Of a stretch of DNA of 64,000 nt, positions 61,953 to 64,000 are shown in pieces (the first letter of the stretch is position 1; every line of letters starts with the position of its first letter). Made by a program: the position numbers and the translations under genes. The stretch is from Amphiscolops sp. MND2022 (lineage: Eukaryota): the NCBI GenBank assembly GCA_964187785.1, contig OZ076411.1, positions 52,452,001 to 52,516,000 on the forward strand. The letters are read 5' to 3'. Under the pieces are notes generated by a model. That model was not told the DNA's origin. It saw only the letters and a list, made by a program, of their open reading frames with translations, and searched no databases.

Positions 61953-62692
61953 GTCTAAATTAAATCTCTCGCTTAAACTCACTGCCGAGCAATATATCTG
62001 AATTTTTCAGTAGATACAAACAAAAACTTAACTGAAAAAAGGTAGAAGTAATAAATAGCAAAGAAACTTTTGGGTTGGACAATTTTTCCGAAGACGCTTT
62101 AATGTTAAAGTACTTAGCTAAAATATTTGTTAATTATTATTTGGATTCCTTGCATTTGTTCAAATTATTGTTGAAAATACATTGGAATTCATGTTCCATC
62201 AATAAAGTACAACAGAAAATGAAAATTTGGTCCCATTCAGCAGAATTCAAATTACTAGCTTTCAGTGCTGTTACAGCCAATATGTTGGAACTAGATTGAT
62301 TTGCATATGGAAAGATTAGCTTTTTTGTTGTATGGCTCGGTAAATTAGTTTTTAAATTTTGACGTACCCCTTAAGTAATTTGTAAGATGTTCAATTGACT
62401 ACAGCTGTTAACGTTTTGCTATGACTTGGCAAAAAGAAGAGAATTGGCAATAACAACTGTATTGACAAATCTGTAACGAATGGCAATAACTGGTATTATG
62501 ACAGGTACTTGCGCATTTACATGTCTACATTCCTCTTTTTTATAATAATACTTCAGGGATTATTAGACTACAAGTTAGGATAATATAGTACTTTGGTTAA
62601 TGATAATACAATCGTGAAACAAAACGCATTGTGAATAACATAGCACAATCAAGAACTTCACTTCGGTAAAAGTTTAAAATCGTAAAAAACTT

Positions 62693-62976
62693 TTATTTTG
62701 CTTCAGCTTTCTTTATGGCCGAAACCATAACATTGTGACCCAACCATTTGGGTTTCTTCACCGTTCTGCCCGATCTTGTTTTTCCTGCCTTTCTCGGAGA
62801 CTCCTCTTTTTCCTTTTCCGTGTCTTCTTTCATCTCTTCTTCTTCTGTCGATACTGTTTCCAGTCTTGTTGTTTTTCGCTTCGGCATGTGCACCTCACTT
62901 GACGTCTCTGACCCTTCTAGTACCTCTTCTGTAGAGGAGAGTACTCCTATACGTCTAGACAGTGTTGACAAATACC
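62693..62976 (-). pseudogene. Gypsy integrase C-terminal tail fragment
   Basis: TRSGRTVKKPKWLGHNVMV, paralogous to the tails at ~54200 and ~57640. Cut at ~62976 by the next element. Confidence 0.65.
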
Positions 62977-64000
62977 TGTCATGAACTCTAAAGGACTTCA
63001 GTTTACACCAATTTAGTTGATGCTACATTTTTAGTTTGCATACAGTTGACATATTGTATTACCATTTGTTAATCTTAACTCGAGCATCCAACCTAATTCT
63101 TTTATCGAGTCTACAACATGGCGCAGTCAGCAAGATTCGAACTTGCGCGGGAAAATCCCATCTGATTTCCACGGACTCTCGGACATTCCAACGGTGTTTC
63201 AAGAACACATTGATAAAGTTCTAGAATTTAAAACACCGGTATGGTTAGATGACATGATTTGCGTCACAAACGGAACCATCGAGGAACACGAGCGGGAACT
63301 ACGCGAAGTATTAACAAAATTACAAGAAGCCGGTTATCGCGCGAGCGAACGAAAAACCGAAATGTTTAAAAAGGAACTAACCTGGTTGGGATACCTGATA
63401 AACCAAAACGGAGTAAAACCAATCCAAGATAAAACCGACGCGATCACAAAGCTAAAGGCTCCCACAAACGCGAAAGAATTAAAATCATTTCTTGGCTCAA
63501 TACAGCATCTGTCGAAATTTCTAAATAATTTGTCTAAAAAAACTGATCGAATGCGAAAATTACTCAAGAAAGACGTCAAATGGGAATGGACAAAAGAGAT
63601 AAACGACGACTTTGAACAGCTAAAGAAGGAAATAACCGAAGCACCGTGTTTAGCGCATTTTGACCCGAAAAAAGACAATTTTATAACAACAGACGCCTGT
63701 AACACCGGATTAGGGGCAACCCTATGGCAAAAAGAAAACGAGGCGTTCAGACCGGTCGCATTTTCAAGCCGATTTCTCACTGATTGTGAGAGAAAATACG
63801 CGATAAACGAACTTGAATTACTAGGCGTTCTCTGGGGCCTCGAGTACTTCCGATATTATGTTTACGGGAAACGGATAACCCTCGTGACCGATCACCAAGC
63901 CCTACAACCATTATTGAAACGCAATAGAGCACATAAACAGTACAGCGCAAGACTCACAAGGTGGTTAGACCGACTAAGCCATTTCGATGTTAACGTGCAG
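62977..64000 (+). mobile_element. Nested short-LTR Gypsy derivative: candidate 142-bp LTR, tRNA-Ser-like PBS, then RT/RNase H running off the window
   Basis: TGTCATG...CTACAACA (62977-63118), PBS TGGCGCAGTCAGCAAGATT. Open frame HGLSDIP...PVWLDD(63242-63253)...TTDACNTG...NELELLG...TDHQAL...RWLDRL to the window end. Absent from the ORF track, presumably because no stop falls inside the window. Confidence 0.85.

Overview
Eukaryotic, AT-rich, transposon-dense window with an animal-like TE repertoire. I could not support any host gene, rRNA, complete tRNA or CRISPR array. The main feature is an intact, very young 16,085-bp Ty3/Gypsy LTR retrotransposon (1633-17717). It has 1,620-bp LTRs (one difference spotted by eye), an AACTC target-site duplication and a -1 frameshifted gag-pol. 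Its architecture is unusual in four ways. (i) The first 214 Gag codons lie inside the LTR, so the PBS is protein-coding. (ii) The 6.6-kb region after pol carries an antisense five-exon gene; four GT-AG introns join three ORF-track ORFs and two small unlisted exons into one ~1,293-aa frame that resembles a hAT transposase with its zinc finger kept and its catalytic residues apparently lost. (iii) A 277-aa sense ORF runs through the PPT into the 3' LTR. (iv) A palindrome, GACC-NNN-GGTC, recurs at least 10 times across the element in all three codon phases. The remaining ~46 kb holds decayed and nested elements: CR1/L2-group LINEs (esterase ORF1, 2A-like motifs), BEL/Pao fragments, a pogo/Tigger remnant, short-LTR Gypsy deletion derivatives, MITEs, a foldback-like family, tandem duplications and a 200-N assembly gap. 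All family assignments come from motif recognition by eye, not database searches.
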